Assembly: GCA_965223845.1 (NCBI GenBank)
Contig: CBDCXR010000004.1
Location: forward strand, 4,736,001-4,800,000
DNA from: Planctomycetota bacterium
Lineage (GTDB): Bacteria; Planctomycetota; UBA8108; SXIK01
Reading direction: 5' to 3'
DNA length: 64,000 nucleotides
Position 1 is the first letter of the stretch; each line of letters opens with the position of its first letter. A model generated the notes under the pieces. That model saw only the letters and a program-made list of their open reading frames with translations, was not told the DNA's origin and searched no databases. This document shows positions 1 through 9,848 of this stretch, piece after piece. A program made the position numbers and the translations under genes.

Positions 1-2
1 TT

Positions 3-551
3 CCAACCGGCGAGTTCGAGGGGAACTTCGGGCGCGGTCTCGCCCTCTTCTGGATTCGACTCTGCATGCTCGCCGGAATCGGAGTCGCGGCGAGCACGTT
101 CCTCCGCGGGTCGGTGACCGCGTTTCTCCTCACCGGGCTCGTCGTCGCCGGATCCCTCAACAACTTCGTCTCCGACCTCGTTGTGCAGCCCGAAGCCGAG
201 AACCCCGTCGAGGAGTGGCTCGCTGCGCGGGACCAAGGCCAAGACGAGCACACGCACGACGACGGCCACGGTCACGACCACGCTCATGGCCACGCCCACG
301 ACCACGGACACGATCACGGTTCAGCGGCTGACGGCGGCATTCTCGACTCTCTCGCACCGCTCTTCTTCCTCGCCCTTCCCGACTTCGTCGACACCGATCC
401 CGTTCCAGATCTTCTCGTCGCGCGAGAGATCGAATGGCGGCGAATCTTGCGGCAGATGTGTGTCGACATCGGACTCCGCACGGGCGGCGTCTGGATTCTC
501 GGGCTCTTCTTTTTCTATCGGCGGGAGGTCGGAATCCCGGTGCTCGACTGA
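3..551 (+). CDS. ABC-2-type permease-like membrane protein with His-rich loop (5'-truncated by window edge)
   Basis: Frame is open from position 3 (PTGEFEGNFGRGLALFWIRLCM...). Hydrophobic segments, C-terminal 'FFYRREVG' as in ABC-2 permeases, and an HTHDDGHGHDHAHGHAHDHGHDHG tract. Stop overlaps the next ATG (TGATG at 549-553). Confidence 0.65.
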   Translation, partial: PTGEFEGNFGRGLALFWIRLCMLAGIGVAASTFLRGSVTAFLLTGLVVAGSLNNFVSDLVVQPEAENPVEEWLAARDQGQDEHTHDDGHGHDHAHGHAHDHGHDHGSAADGGILDSLAPLFFLALPDFVDTDPVPDLLVAREIEWRRILRQMCVDIGLRTGGVWILGLFFFYRREVGIPVLD

Positions 552-2281
552 TGACGAACGCCAAGTCCCCAAAGCACCCGGCTCGAACCCGCGTCTCGCC
601 GCCGCCCGGCGCCGGTGAGCGCGCGACTCTTCGCCGGCGCTGGGTGATGGCTCTCGTTGCTCTCGCCCTTCTCGTTACGGGTCGCACGTTCCTCGATCGA
701 TCCGTCGACCTCGCTCGCGAGAAAAAGCTCTTCAGTCGCGGGGAAGGAGACGCCGTTCCGCCCGAGTACATCCTCGCCTCGTCGCTTCTCGGCGGATTCC
801 GCGGCGTTTTCCTCACGACGCTCTGGATGCGAGCGCAGGACCTCAAGGACGGGGGGAAGTACTACGAGCTCGTCGATCTGTACCGGATGATCTCGACGCT
901 CCAGCCGGCGCTGGCCGCCTCGTGGCGTCACCAAGCCTGGGATCTTGCGTACAACGTCTCCACGAATCTCCCGAGCCACGACGAGCGCGTGTTCTGGGTA
1001 TTTCGCGGGATCGATCTTCTGCGAAAGGAAGCCATTCCGAAGAATCGACGAAGCGCGGACCTCTACTGGGAACTAGCGTGGATCTTCCACCACAAGATCG
1101 GACAGGACTTCGATGCGGCCTTCTTTCTCTACCGGGAGCACCTGAAGCGCCAGGTCGAGAACGCGCTGGGGAGTCTCGCCGTCCCCGAGAATTGGCCGCG
1201 CTTCGCGGACGTCGTCGAGATCCGTTCGCGCCATCGGACGCCGGCGGAGTTGATCGCGGCACCCGCGCTCGCAGGATTGGCGGCGGAACGGAAACGCGAT
1301 GGACTCGAGGCCGAGGCCCTCGTCGACGCGGCCCGCGAGCTTCTCGAAGCCGACCCGAATCGCACGGCGGCCCTAAACGCCGAGCTCGCAAACGCTGAAA
1401 CGCGAAGGGCACTCGAGCGGATCGAGCTCTGGCGCGTCGGCCGCGACATCGCGGAGAACCTCGGGATGGATCCGGCCGAGATGCACCGGCTGGCCACGCG
1501 GCTCGGGCCTATCGATTGGCGCCGCGCTTCCGCGCACGGCCTCTACTGGGCGGAGCTCGGTGAGCGCGTTCGGCAAGAGGTTCGTCCGGACCTAAGCGTC
1601 GCGCGATTCGTCTACTTGATTCTCCGATCCGCGTTTCGAGTGTTCGTCGACGATCGCGACGATGCAGTGGGTGGGCTGACGTTCTTCCCGCTTCTCGATT
1701 CCCAGCGCGTGATGCCGACCCTCGACCTCGTCGCCGAAGCGCTCGACTCGCTCGAGCGCGCGAGCGCGGCGAAGCGTGCCCAGCGCCTCCCCACGGTGGA
1801 CGTCGACGGCTTCCGAACCATCGTCGCAGCGTTGACCGCCGATGTTGCGCTCAGCCTCTGGATCGACGGACGATCGATCGACGCCGAGGAAGTCGTTGCG
1901 CGTCTCCGCAACGCTGATCCCGGAGATCCGCGCTACCGCGGCAGCCTCGATCAGTTCGCCAAGCTGAAGCTCGCTGAAGATCTCGAAGCGATCGGGCGCG
2001 ACGCCACGGTCGAAATCACCCGCGCGCTGATTCTCAAGTCACTCTTCTGGCTCGCGCACGGAGACCGCTCCCGCTACGGTCGACGTCTCGCCTGGACGCA
2101 ACTCGTTCACGGGTATGCATCGAATCGCTGGCCCGGCGAAATCGCACCGCTCGTCGAAATCCAGCGCTCGGCCCTCGAAGAGGTCGAGCGGGGCGGCGAG
2201 CCGGCGCTCCGCGCTCCCGCCGCCGTCGCACGCATTCGCGCGGAGCTACGGGAGCTCGCTCCCTCGGTACTCGATCGCTAG
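551..2281 (+). CDS. Planctomycete 'IRE'-type membrane-anchored TPR-like protein
   Basis: ATG 551 is coupled to the upstream stop. N-terminal TM helix, then LGGFRG...LWMRA...LQP...W.HQAWDLAYNVS...W...GI..L...LYWELAWIF.HKIG, typical of this PVC-group family found beside ABC permeases. Confidence 0.65.
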   Translation: MTNAKSPKHPARTRVSPPPGAGERATLRRRWVMALVALALLVTGRTFLDRSVDLAREKKLFSRGEGDAVPPEYILASSLLGGFRGVFLTTLWMRAQDLKDGGKYYELVDLYRMISTLQPALAASWRHQAWDLAYNVSTNLPSHDERVFWVFRGIDLLRKEAIPKNRRSADLYWELAWIFHHKIGQDFDAAFFLYREHLKRQVENALGSLAVPENWPRFADVVEIRSRHRTPAELIAAPALAGLAAERKRDGLEAEALVDAARELLEADPNRTAALNAELANAETRRALERIELWRVGRDIAENLGMDPAEMHRLATRLGPIDWRRASAHGLYWAELGERVRQEVRPDLSVARFVYLILRSAFRVFVDDRDDAVGGLTFFPLLDSQRVMPTLDLVAEALDSLERASAAKRAQRLPTVDVDGFRTIVAALTADVALSLWIDGRSIDAEEVVARLRNADPGDPRYRGSLDQFAKLKLAEDLEAIGRDATVEITRALILKSLFWLAHGDRSRYGRRLAWTQLVHGYASNRWPGEIAPLVEIQRSALEEVERGGEPALRAPAAVARIRAELRELAPSVLDR

Positions 2282-2397
2282 TCGCGTTTTTGTCGTCGGC
2301 CGACCGAGCGACTGATAAGATACTCGTCGATCACTCGCGAGAGTCCCGCGTCGCGGGACGTCCTTCCTCCTGACTTTCCCTGCAAAGGAGATCTTTC

Positions 2398-2979
2398 ATG
2401 CGCTCCGCCGTTCACATCGTCTGCGTCACCCTTTCCATCGCGGCTCTCATCGCCGCGGCGTGTCAGTACTCCCCGAGCGGTGCGAACGCCGATCACCACG
2501 AGAAATCACCGTGGAAAGGGATCGTGCAGGGAGTCGCCGTGATGATTCCGACCGAGGGCAACACCGCCCGCGGGACGGTGACGTTTACGCAGGCGAAGGA
2601 TCACGTCAAAGTCGACGCTCGCATCGAAGGTCTCAACCCGAATGCGAAGCACGCGATCCACATCCATCAGTGGGGTGACATCCGCATGCCGAACGGAAAG
2701 GGCACGGGCGGTCACTTCAACCCGGACGGGCACGATCACGGACTGCCGGAGAAGAAGGACCGCCACGCGGGCGACCTCGGCAATCTCCAGGCTGACGCGA
2801 ACGGCAAGGCGACCTACTCGATCGTCGTCAAGAACGTGACCGTCGTCGGTCACAAGAATCCGATCATCGGGCGCGGCGTGATCATCCACGCGAAGCAGGA
2901 TGACGGCGGGCAGCCCACCGGAAACGCCGGCGCCCGCATCTCGCAGGGCGTGATCGGCATCGCGATGCCGGCTCAGTAA
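2398..2979 (+). CDS. sodC: Cu/Zn superoxide dismutase, lipoprotein
   Basis: HAIHIH, GGHFNP, HG, RHAGDLGNL, GRGVIIHA, GNAGARI motifs; lipobox IAAAC; RBS AAGGAG upstream. Confidence 0.92.
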   Translation: MRSAVHIVCVTLSIAALIAAACQYSPSGANADHHEKSPWKGIVQGVAVMIPTEGNTARGTVTFTQAKDHVKVDARIEGLNPNAKHAIHIHQWGDIRMPNGKGTGGHFNPDGHDHGLPEKKDRHAGDLGNLQADANGKATYSIVVKNVTVVGHKNPIIGRGVIIHAKQDDGGQPTGNAGARISQGVIGIAMPAQ

Positions 2980-3073
2980 GAACTACGCGCGGTTCCGACT
3001 CGGAGCGGGCGCAGCGCGCCGGTTCCGGGTCGGGCCCGCATCTTCGGGCGGTCGATCGGCGTCCGCGCAGACG

Positions 3074-4975
3074 TTAGAGTGACGGCGACGACGTCGCGGG
3101 TGCCGAGCTCGGCATCACCCCGCGAGCGAAGAGCCGCGGTCCGCGCCGGCGCAGGGAATCGAGATAGAGGAGTCCGAGGACCCCGAGCGACGCCCAGCGC
3201 CACCAGGCCACGTCGTGCTCGTGAGCGAGCACCGAATCGGGCGCCGTGATGGCGATCGGAAGCGCATTGACGGCGTAACCGAGCGCGATCGCAAACGCAA
3301 ACATCGCAAGGGAGAACGCCACCGCGATCCTCTTTCCGTGCAGTTGGCTGAGGACTCCGAACGTCGTGACGTTCGTCGCGGGTCCGGTGAGGAGGAAGAC
3401 GAGCGCGGCGCCGGGCGAAACTCCACCGGCGAGCAACACCGCCACGAGCGGCGTCACCCCCGCGGCGCAGACGTACATCGGAACGCCGAGCACAGCGAAG
3501 AGCGGGATGTCGAGCCCGGCCGGAACCGAGCGGAGCCAACCGTCGTCCACGAACGGCGCGACCACGGCGGCGACTCCGAGCCCGAGCAAGATCCAGGGGG
3601 CGGTCGAGTCGAGGATCTCACCGAAGCTGAGGCGGAGGCCACTCGCGAGACGCGCTCCGAACGACGCGCTCGGCGCGTCTCCGGCTGGTTCGCTCCCGCA
3701 GCACGACGGGGACGCTTCCTCGGCGGACGCGCTCGCGCGCACGCGGCGACCGACGAGCCAGCCGACGACGAACGCGAGCACGGCCGCCCCGGCCACGCGA
3801 AGGATCGCCATGGGCGCGCCTAGTAGCGGAAACGAGAGGAGAACGGCGTCGAGACCGAGCTCGGGCGTTGCGATGAGAAACGCCATCGCCGCGGGGGCGG
3901 GCGCACCGCGAAGGATGAGAGCTCGGTAGAGCGGAACGACACCGCACGAGCACACCGGAAACGGCAAGCCGACCGCCATCCCGCGAAGCGACTGCGTCGC
4001 CGCGCGCCCGCGCTGCATCCACGCGACCGTCGAGCGCGGCAGGAAGCTGCTGAAGAGTCCGGCGAGGACGTAACCGAGAAGAAGCGCCGGTGCGCTTTCG
4101 AGCGCGAGATCGAGAAAAGCCGACGCCAATTCGGCGCCGTACTCGGAATCGACGTCGCCGCCGTGGGTGTGTCCACCGTGCGAGTGGCCACCGTGTCCGG
4201 CCTCGCTCCACCAAAGCCCCGCAACGAGAATGAGGCCGATGACCGCGCCCGTTCCCTCGAGGCGGTTCGATCGCCTTCGCTCGGCATCGACGGAAACGGC
4301 GCCGGCGGGAACGGAAGCGGCGGCGTGGTCGTGCGAGTGCGAGTGCGAGTGCTCCCCGCCGCAGCTCGCACCTCCAACGTGCGGGCGGTGCGCCACGACG
4401 TGGAGAAGTGAGCCGGTCACGAGTCCCTGGAACCAGGCCGTCCCCTGCGTCGAGAGCACGGTGTGCATCGCGTCCCCCCACGCGTATCCGACCGCCGTAG
4501 ACGCCGCCATGCACGCGAGCACGATCCACGCCGCCCGGAGACCGTAGGGCGGACGGACCAGCCACCACACCGTCAAGCCGACGGGGAACCGGTGGAGTAT
4601 GATCGCCGCGGGGAGATGCGCCGCGCCGCGATCCTCGAGGTGCGGCGCGTCTCCCGCGAGACCGGCGCCGTCGAGAAGTGCGTGGAGACAAACGCCTGCG
4701 ATGCCGAGCCACAGTGCGGCTGCGTGGGACCCGCGCCCCGCGCGCTGAAAGTACCGCTCGAGCAAGGTCGGGCCGAGTAGCCCCGCGACGGCACAGGCGA
4801 TGACGAGGACGCCGCCGCGCGCGACGAGCTCCGGCATCGTGAGAAGCGTAAGTCCCGCGATCGATGCGACGATGAAGCCATCGAGAAAGGAGATCGTCTC
4901 CGCTCGCTCCTTCACCCCCCGGTAGAGGAGAGGTGCGACGGCGAGGACGAGAATGCTGAGTACGAGTTGGGTCAA
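3074..4975 (-). CDS. Metal permease: N-terminal ZIP-like domain + His-rich linkers + DUF318/ArsP (SO_0444-like) permease domain
   Basis: HALLDG and ILHRFPVG resemble ZIP TM4/TM5 motifs. HSHSHSHDH and HGGHSHGGHTHGG linkers. PFPVCSCGVVP, FLIATPELG, PMYVCA and FLLTGPATN are DUF318-type motifs. TTG start. Confidence 0.8.
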   Translation of the reverse strand: MTQLVLSILVLAVAPLLYRGVKERAETISFLDGFIVASIAGLTLLTMPELVARGGVLVIACAVAGLLGPTLLERYFQRAGRGSHAAALWLGIAGVCLHALLDGAGLAGDAPHLEDRGAAHLPAAIILHRFPVGLTVWWLVRPPYGLRAAWIVLACMAASTAVGYAWGDAMHTVLSTQGTAWFQGLVTGSLLHVVAHRPHVGGASCGGEHSHSHSHDHAAASVPAGAVSVDAERRRSNRLEGTGAVIGLILVAGLWWSEAGHGGHSHGGHTHGGDVDSEYGAELASAFLDLALESAPALLLGYVLAGLFSSFLPRSTVAWMQRGRAATQSLRGMAVGLPFPVCSCGVVPLYRALILRGAPAPAAMAFLIATPELGLDAVLLSFPLLGAPMAILRVAGAAVLAFVVGWLVGRRVRASASAEEASPSCCGSEPAGDAPSASFGARLASGLRLSFGEILDSTAPWILLGLGVAAVVAPFVDDGWLRSVPAGLDIPLFAVLGVPMYVCAAGVTPLVAVLLAGGVSPGAALVFLLTGPATNVTTFGVLSQLHGKRIAVAFSLAMFAFAIALGYAVNALPIAITAPDSVLAHEHDVAWWRWASLGVLGLLYLDSLRRRGPRLFARGVMPSSAPATSSPSL

Positions 4976-5004
4976 CGTAGGGTCAATCTTTCAACGTCGA
5001 GAGA

Positions 5005-5853
5005 CTACGCGCTGCGAACGAGGGTGGCCTTCGCGATCCAGGCGACGACGACGACGCCCGAAGCGATCGCCACCGTCATCTGTCCGGGCGGGAAGTCGTA
5101 GCCGTGCGCGAGAACGAATCCCACTACGGACGTCATCACTCCGATGATCGGCGCAACGAGGAACATCCACGACGCGTCCCGTACGAGATTCTTGGCGGCG
5201 AGGGCCGGAAGCACCAGCATCCCGAAGGTGTAGATCAACCCCGACGCCCGCAGCGAGAACCCGATGACGAGTCCGAGCGCGACCGAGAGACCGAGGCTCC
5301 ACGCTCGCACGCGAAGACCGACCGCTGAGGCCATCGGCGGATCGATCGCGATCAGAAGGAGCGGCCGGCGCCAGGTCAGCGCGGCTACGACGCTCGCGAT
5401 CACAAACAGGCCGGAGATCCACACGTCACGCTCGTCGACGGCGAGAATCGTCGAAAACAGCGTTTTGTGGACCTCCTCGACACCGAACGGACTCGAGGCG
5501 ACGAGGAGGATGGACCCGCTCGCCCCGAGGAGAAACGTCCATCCGGTCACCGCGGCGAGGGTCTCCCGCCGAGTACGACCGATGACCACCGCCGCGACAA
5601 CCGAGCAAATCACGGCGAGCGACGTCGGGAGCACGGTGCCGGTTGAACCGTCATCGTGAACGAGCGCTTCTCCGCCGACGACGAGAGCGATCGCGATCCC
5701 GAGAGTCGACGCCTGGGAGAGCGCAGCTCCGACGAAGATTTGATCGCGCGCGACGACGAGAACCCCCGAAAGGGGCAGAAGCACAGCGAGGAACCACCCC
5801 ACGATGTAGGTGTAGCCGAGGAGCTCCCAGGATTCGAGGAACTCGGTGATCAC
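5005..5853 (-). CDS. Zn/Mn ABC transporter permease (ZnuB/MntB family)
   Basis: Multi-TM protein with 'GAALSQASTLGIA', 'LFSTILAV', 'DPPMASAVGL' and 'LVLPALAA' ABC-3 motifs; in operon with ATPase and SBP. Confidence 0.85.
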   Translation of the reverse strand: MITEFLESWELLGYTYIVGWFLAVLLPLSGVLVVARDQIFVGAALSQASTLGIAIALVVGGEALVHDDGSTGTVLPTSLAVICSVVAAVVIGRTRRETLAAVTGWTFLLGASGSILLVASSPFGVEEVHKTLFSTILAVDERDVWISGLFVIASVVAALTWRRPLLLIAIDPPMASAVGLRVRAWSLGLSVALGLVIGFSLRASGLIYTFGMLVLPALAAKNLVRDASWMFLVAPIIGVMTSVVGFVLAHGYDFPPGQMTVAIASGVVVVAWIAKATLVRSA

Positions 5854-6605
5854 GTCGGCTCTCCATCGCTCGAAACCGGCGCCGGATTCGCGGGGAGAGT
5901 TACCCTGCCCGCGTCGACCTCGACGCCGTAGGCGCGCCTGAGGGTATCCGGTTGAAGCACATCTTCGGCGGCGCCGGCGACGAGCGTTCCATCGACGCAG
6001 AGCGCGAAGCGTGCGCCGTAGCGCGCCGCCTTGTGAAGGTCATGAGTAACGACGAGGACCGTCAATCCCTGCTCACGATTGAGTCGACGGAGGCCGTCGA
6101 GCAGCGCGTCGACGGCCGCGAGATCGAGCCCGGCCGTCGGCTCGTCGGCGATGAGAAAGGTCGGCCGGCGGACGAGTGCGCGCGCAACGAGCGCGCGCTG
6201 GCGCTGCCCGCCGGAGAGAGCCCAGTAATCGCGTCGCGCCATCCCACCGAGACCGGAGTGCTCGAGCGCCCAGTCGAGACGCTCGCGCCGCTCGCGCTGC
6301 GAGCAGCGCACACCGACGAGCCCGAGGCCGACGAATCCTCCGACGGTGATCGGAAGAGTTCGTCCGACCTCGCAGCGCTGCGGCACGAATCCGACGCCGA
6401 CACGCGAACCCGACGCCCCCAAACGAACACTCCCCCGCACGGGCGCGAGGTCACCGAGCAGCGTTCGCACGAGAGATGTCTTTCCGGCGCCGTTCGCACC
6501 GATGAGAAACCAGAACTCGCCGCCCGCGATCGTCCACCGCACGTGCGCGAGCACCGTGCGCGCGCGGTAGCCGATCGCGACGTCGTCGAACTCTGCTACG
6601 GGCAT
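5850..6605 (-). CDS. Zn/Mn ABC transporter ATP-binding protein (ZnuC family)
   Basis: GANGAGKT, LSGGQRQR, IADEPTAGLD, VTHDL. Real start is probably ATG 6605 (MPVAEFDD), overlapping the SBP stop. Confidence 0.9.
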   Translation of the reverse strand: MPVAEFDDVAIGYRARTVLAHVRWTIAGGEFWFLIGANGAGKTSLVRTLLGDLAPVRGSVRLGASGSRVGVGFVPQRCEVGRTLPITVGGFVGLGLVGVRCSQRERRERLDWALEHSGLGGMARRDYWALSGGQRQRALVARALVRRPTFLIADEPTAGLDLAAVDALLDGLRRLNREQGLTVLVVTHDLHKAARYGARFALCVDGTLVAGAAEDVLQPDTLRRAYGVEVDAGRVTLPANPAPVSSDGEPT

Positions 6606-7693
6606 CAACGCGTTGCCTCCACGGCCCGCAAAAACTCGCGGACATTGTAGTCGATCATCCGAAGGTAGCTCTCCGTGCCCGGCCGTGCGCCGACCTGGTG
6701 CGCCATTCGAGCGACGCGAGCGCGAGTGCGCGAGGCGACGAGGCGAGCGTGCCGGCCGTCGAAGTACGGCGAGGCGAGCACGACGCCGACGGCGTCCGTT
6801 TGCATGCGCCCGATGAGTTTTACGAGATGCTTCGAGGACGGCGCAACGCCCGGCTTCGGCTCGAGGAAACCGACGACGTCCGGGCCGAACCGATGCGAGA
6901 AGTACGGCCAGAGATCGTGATCGGCGACGATCTTGCGTCCGGCGTACGGGGCCATGGCTGCGAGCCATCCCCCGAGCAGAGGCCGCTGTCCCTGCGCCTC
7001 GATGAAGGCTAGGAGCTTCCGCATCCCGCCCCGATCGGCGAGCACGAGGAGCTTCTCGATCTGCTCCGCGTTGTATTCCCCGAGGAGCTTTTGACCGAAA
7101 ACGCGAAGGAGCAGACGGCTCCGGAACTCTCGATAGCGCTCTTCGAACTGCGACGCGTGCTCCGGCCTCGCCACCCGCAGTCGATCGCGGATGAGCCGGG
7201 CCACCTTGAGTCCGTTGAGGGGGTCGAGAAGGTAATGAGGATTCCCGCGCGCGTGTACATCACCGAGCGATCGGTCGATAGGTGTCGTCGGGACGTCGAG
7301 CGGCGCGATGACGCTCGACGCGTCAACGAAGCCCGGAGCACCCGGAAGCACGTTCGCGTTTCTCGCGCTTCGGAGGAGGACGGGACTCCATCCACTCTCG
7401 AGCTCGAGCCCGGTTTGAATGAAGAGGTCGGCCTTACTGAGCTGCTTGATGAGGGACGGCCGCGCTTCCACATAGTGCGGATCTTGCGGACCCTTCGTGA
7501 GCTCGACGACCGTCACCGAATCCCCGCCGACCTCACGCGTCAGCGAGCCCAGATCGGGCGTCGTCGCGCAGACGACGAGCGGTTCATCTGCGTTCCCTGG
7601 CGTCGAAGCGACCAGCGCAACTAGAATCCATGCGGCGAGGCTATTCTCGATTCGGCCTCTCCCGCTTCGCGAGTCGAGTGTTTCACACATCAT
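6605..7693 (-). CDS. Metal ABC transporter substrate-binding protein (ZnuA/cluster A-I)
   Basis: Signal peptide, 'VVCATTPDL', 'QDPHY', 'GDVHARGNPHYLLDP', 'ADHDLWPYF', 'LEPKPGVAPS'. Confidence 0.9.
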   Translation of the reverse strand: MMCETLDSRSGRGRIENSLAAWILVALVASTPGNADEPLVVCATTPDLGSLTREVGGDSVTVVELTKGPQDPHYVEARPSLIKQLSKADLFIQTGLELESGWSPVLLRSARNANVLPGAPGFVDASSVIAPLDVPTTPIDRSLGDVHARGNPHYLLDPLNGLKVARLIRDRLRVARPEHASQFEERYREFRSRLLLRVFGQKLLGEYNAEQIEKLLVLADRGGMRKLLAFIEAQGQRPLLGGWLAAMAPYAGRKIVADHDLWPYFSHRFGPDVVGFLEPKPGVAPSSKHLVKLIGRMQTDAVGVVLASPYFDGRHARLVASRTRARVARMAHQVGARPGTESYLRMIDYNVREFLRAVEATR

Positions 7694-7708
7694 GACGAAC
7701 CTCCTCCA

Positions 7709-9310
7709 TCAGTACGTGTGCGCCGGATGGCGACCGAAGAGAACTTCAAACCCGAGCCACACGCTGTGAGCGTCGTCGCTCAAGTGATCGGCGTCATCGA
7801 AGTTGTATTGGAGTCGGATTCGCGAGTACTCCGACGGCTGCCAAAGGAGTAGCGGCGCGACGCGCAGGCGATCGCTGCGGAACGGGTCCGAATCCCGGTC
7901 GGGGTAGATCCCAACGCTCGCCCCCGATCCGGATGCGTGCTCCACTCGAGCCCCGATCGCCCAGTTGCGGAGGAAACCCCAGAGAAGCTGGGTGTAGACG
8001 CCGTAGTCGCCGAGGGTCGAGCTGCGGAAGAAGACATCGTCTCCGGGGTCGAGCGGATCGCCGGTATCCGCAAAGCGGTCCGCGTGGAAGCGGCGGTGAA
8101 CGTACTCGGTCTGCCAGACGACGAACGGCCAGCCCCGCTCGGCATCAAGTGGGCGCCAAGAGAGGATGAGATCGCCGCCGTAGACGAAGGTTCGACCGTC
8201 GCGTCCCGTCGAGTTCGGACCGGCGAGCGCGGAACCACCGAGAGCGATGGTCACCTCATCGGAGAGATCCCACGAGTTCACCCATCGAGCGAGGTAAGCG
8301 AAATCCTGAAGACTGCTCACCGAGCGGTCGACGAACGGTCGTCCGCCGATCGCGCGCTCCTCGAAGAACTCGTCATTGGCGAGGAAGCTCGCCATGGTCT
8401 CGCCATTTGCATTCTGAATCCCGACGTGGACCTCCGAAAACCACGGAAGCGGCGTCAGCCATCCGAGCCGCGCCCCCACGCCGCGCATGCCGTCGGGACC
8501 GAACACTCGATTGTGGATCACGGGTTGATCGAGCCACACCCACGCGTGGGGATGCTGCGGATTGTGCCGGCCGAACTCGGTCATCATCTGTCCGGCCTCG
8601 AGCTGAAGCCCGGCCTGATGGAGTCCGAACGGGAGCTGAAGGGTCGTGAAGAACGCCTCTTCGAGCTCGAACTCCGATTCGCCCTCATCCGGATCGAGAA
8701 AATAGATGAGATGCGCCTCTGCAGTGAGATACGGGTCGACTGCGCCGAGAACCGAAAGTTCGAGATTCTGAAAGGTGAATCCCCTCTTCCGTGGGTCGTG
8801 TCCGCCCCCCTGTAGATTGCGGAGCGCTTCTCCCTTCTCACTCGAGGAGCCGACCGCGAATAGAAGGTCGACGGAAAGTTCGATGAGGCGAAACGTCGCG
8901 TCGCCGGCCGAAAACGAGGCGAGGTCGCGTCGATTCGAATCGGCGGATTCGTCGGGGATCTGGAGGTCGTTGAGTGCCGAGTCGAGCGCGTGATCGAGCG
9001 CGCTCTCGTCCGAATCGGCGACGAGCGGGACGACGGGGTCTGGGTCCCCCGCCTCCGCGCGAATCGGCGCGCGGGCGGGAACCGGCTTACTCCGGGGATC
9101 GCCGCGGTTCTCGCGCGCCTGCCCCTCGCGAGGCCGCGGTGACGGGGACCTGGGCTCGCGCGGCGACGTCGCCGCCTCGAACAACTCACGCCGCAAGGCG
9201 TCCATTTCTTCAGCGATGCGCTCGTCCTCCGCGGACTCGGTCGGCTGCGCTTCTGCGGTTCCGCAGACAGCGACCGCCGCGATGAGGATCGCGCCGTTCC
9301 ATCGATTCAT
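7709..9310 (-). CDS. Outer-membrane beta-barrel of the 'zinc-regulated TonB-dependent receptor/porin' type
   Basis: Signal peptide; 'AVDPY', 'LEEAF', 'FGRHNPQHPHAW.W.D.P', 'PSEYSRIRLQY' and C-terminal 'FGRHPAHTY'. RBS GGAGG. First long gene of the metal ABC operon. Confidence 0.8.
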   Translation of the reverse strand: MNRWNGAILIAAVAVCGTAEAQPTESAEDERIAEEMDALRRELFEAATSPREPRSPSPRPREGQARENRGDPRSKPVPARAPIRAEAGDPDPVVPLVADSDESALDHALDSALNDLQIPDESADSNRRDLASFSAGDATFRLIELSVDLLFAVGSSSEKGEALRNLQGGGHDPRKRGFTFQNLELSVLGAVDPYLTAEAHLIYFLDPDEGESEFELEEAFFTTLQLPFGLHQAGLQLEAGQMMTEFGRHNPQHPHAWVWLDQPVIHNRVFGPDGMRGVGARLGWLTPLPWFSEVHVGIQNANGETMASFLANDEFFEERAIGGRPFVDRSVSSLQDFAYLARWVNSWDLSDEVTIALGGSALAGPNSTGRDGRTFVYGGDLILSWRPLDAERGWPFVVWQTEYVHRRFHADRFADTGDPLDPGDDVFFRSSTLGDYGVYTQLLWGFLRNWAIGARVEHASGSGASVGIYPDRDSDPFRSDRLRVAPLLLWQPSEYSRIRLQYNFDDADHLSDDAHSVWLGFEVLFGRHPAHTY

Positions 9311-9848
9311 GATTCCTCCCGGATAGGCCCGGATGTGTTCTGGTCTACTCCGCCGCTGCCCTCACCGTTTCGGGTGGGAGCGCCGCTCGTCCGACTCCGC
9401 GTCCTGGCTCGGCGGGCGTCGTCGGAACTTCGCGTCGTCGAATGGAGCTCGACGAGCGGCTTCATGGAATCGCCTCGTTCTCGGTCCGCGCGAAGATTCG
9501 ACGCGCTCGGCCTCGGGTCGACGGAACGGCTATCGCGACTGTCCGGCTCCGGTCAGCGCGAGAACGGGTTCACCGTCGCTCGAGATCGACGTTCCCGGAG
9601 TAAACCGAACCGATCGCCTCTCGCGCTGCGCAGCCGACGCCCGCGCCGTCTCGCGGCGGGGGCGGAAGCGCATCCGACGACGACCTCCCTGAGGGCGGCC
9701 AGGAGCACTCCTTCGAAGCGAACATGCGTGAAAGCACGCGATCGAGACGAGAAAAGCACACGTAACCCGCGACGGCGAAGCTCAGGCCATCCGAATCAAG
9801 TCGACGGCGAAGCGACGGAGAGTCGCTCGGAACGAGCCTCGAGTCCCG

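Noticed and set aside
250-320. CACGxx hexamer periodicity as a DNA repeat or CRISPR-like array
   Set aside because: Explained by His-x codon repeats within the permease; no spacers or cas genes.
9311-9848. Cobalamin or other known riboswitch in the long leader of the metal operon
   Set aside because: No B12-box or GCCACTG/GGGAAG core was recognisable on the minus strand by eye; an Rfam scan is still needed.
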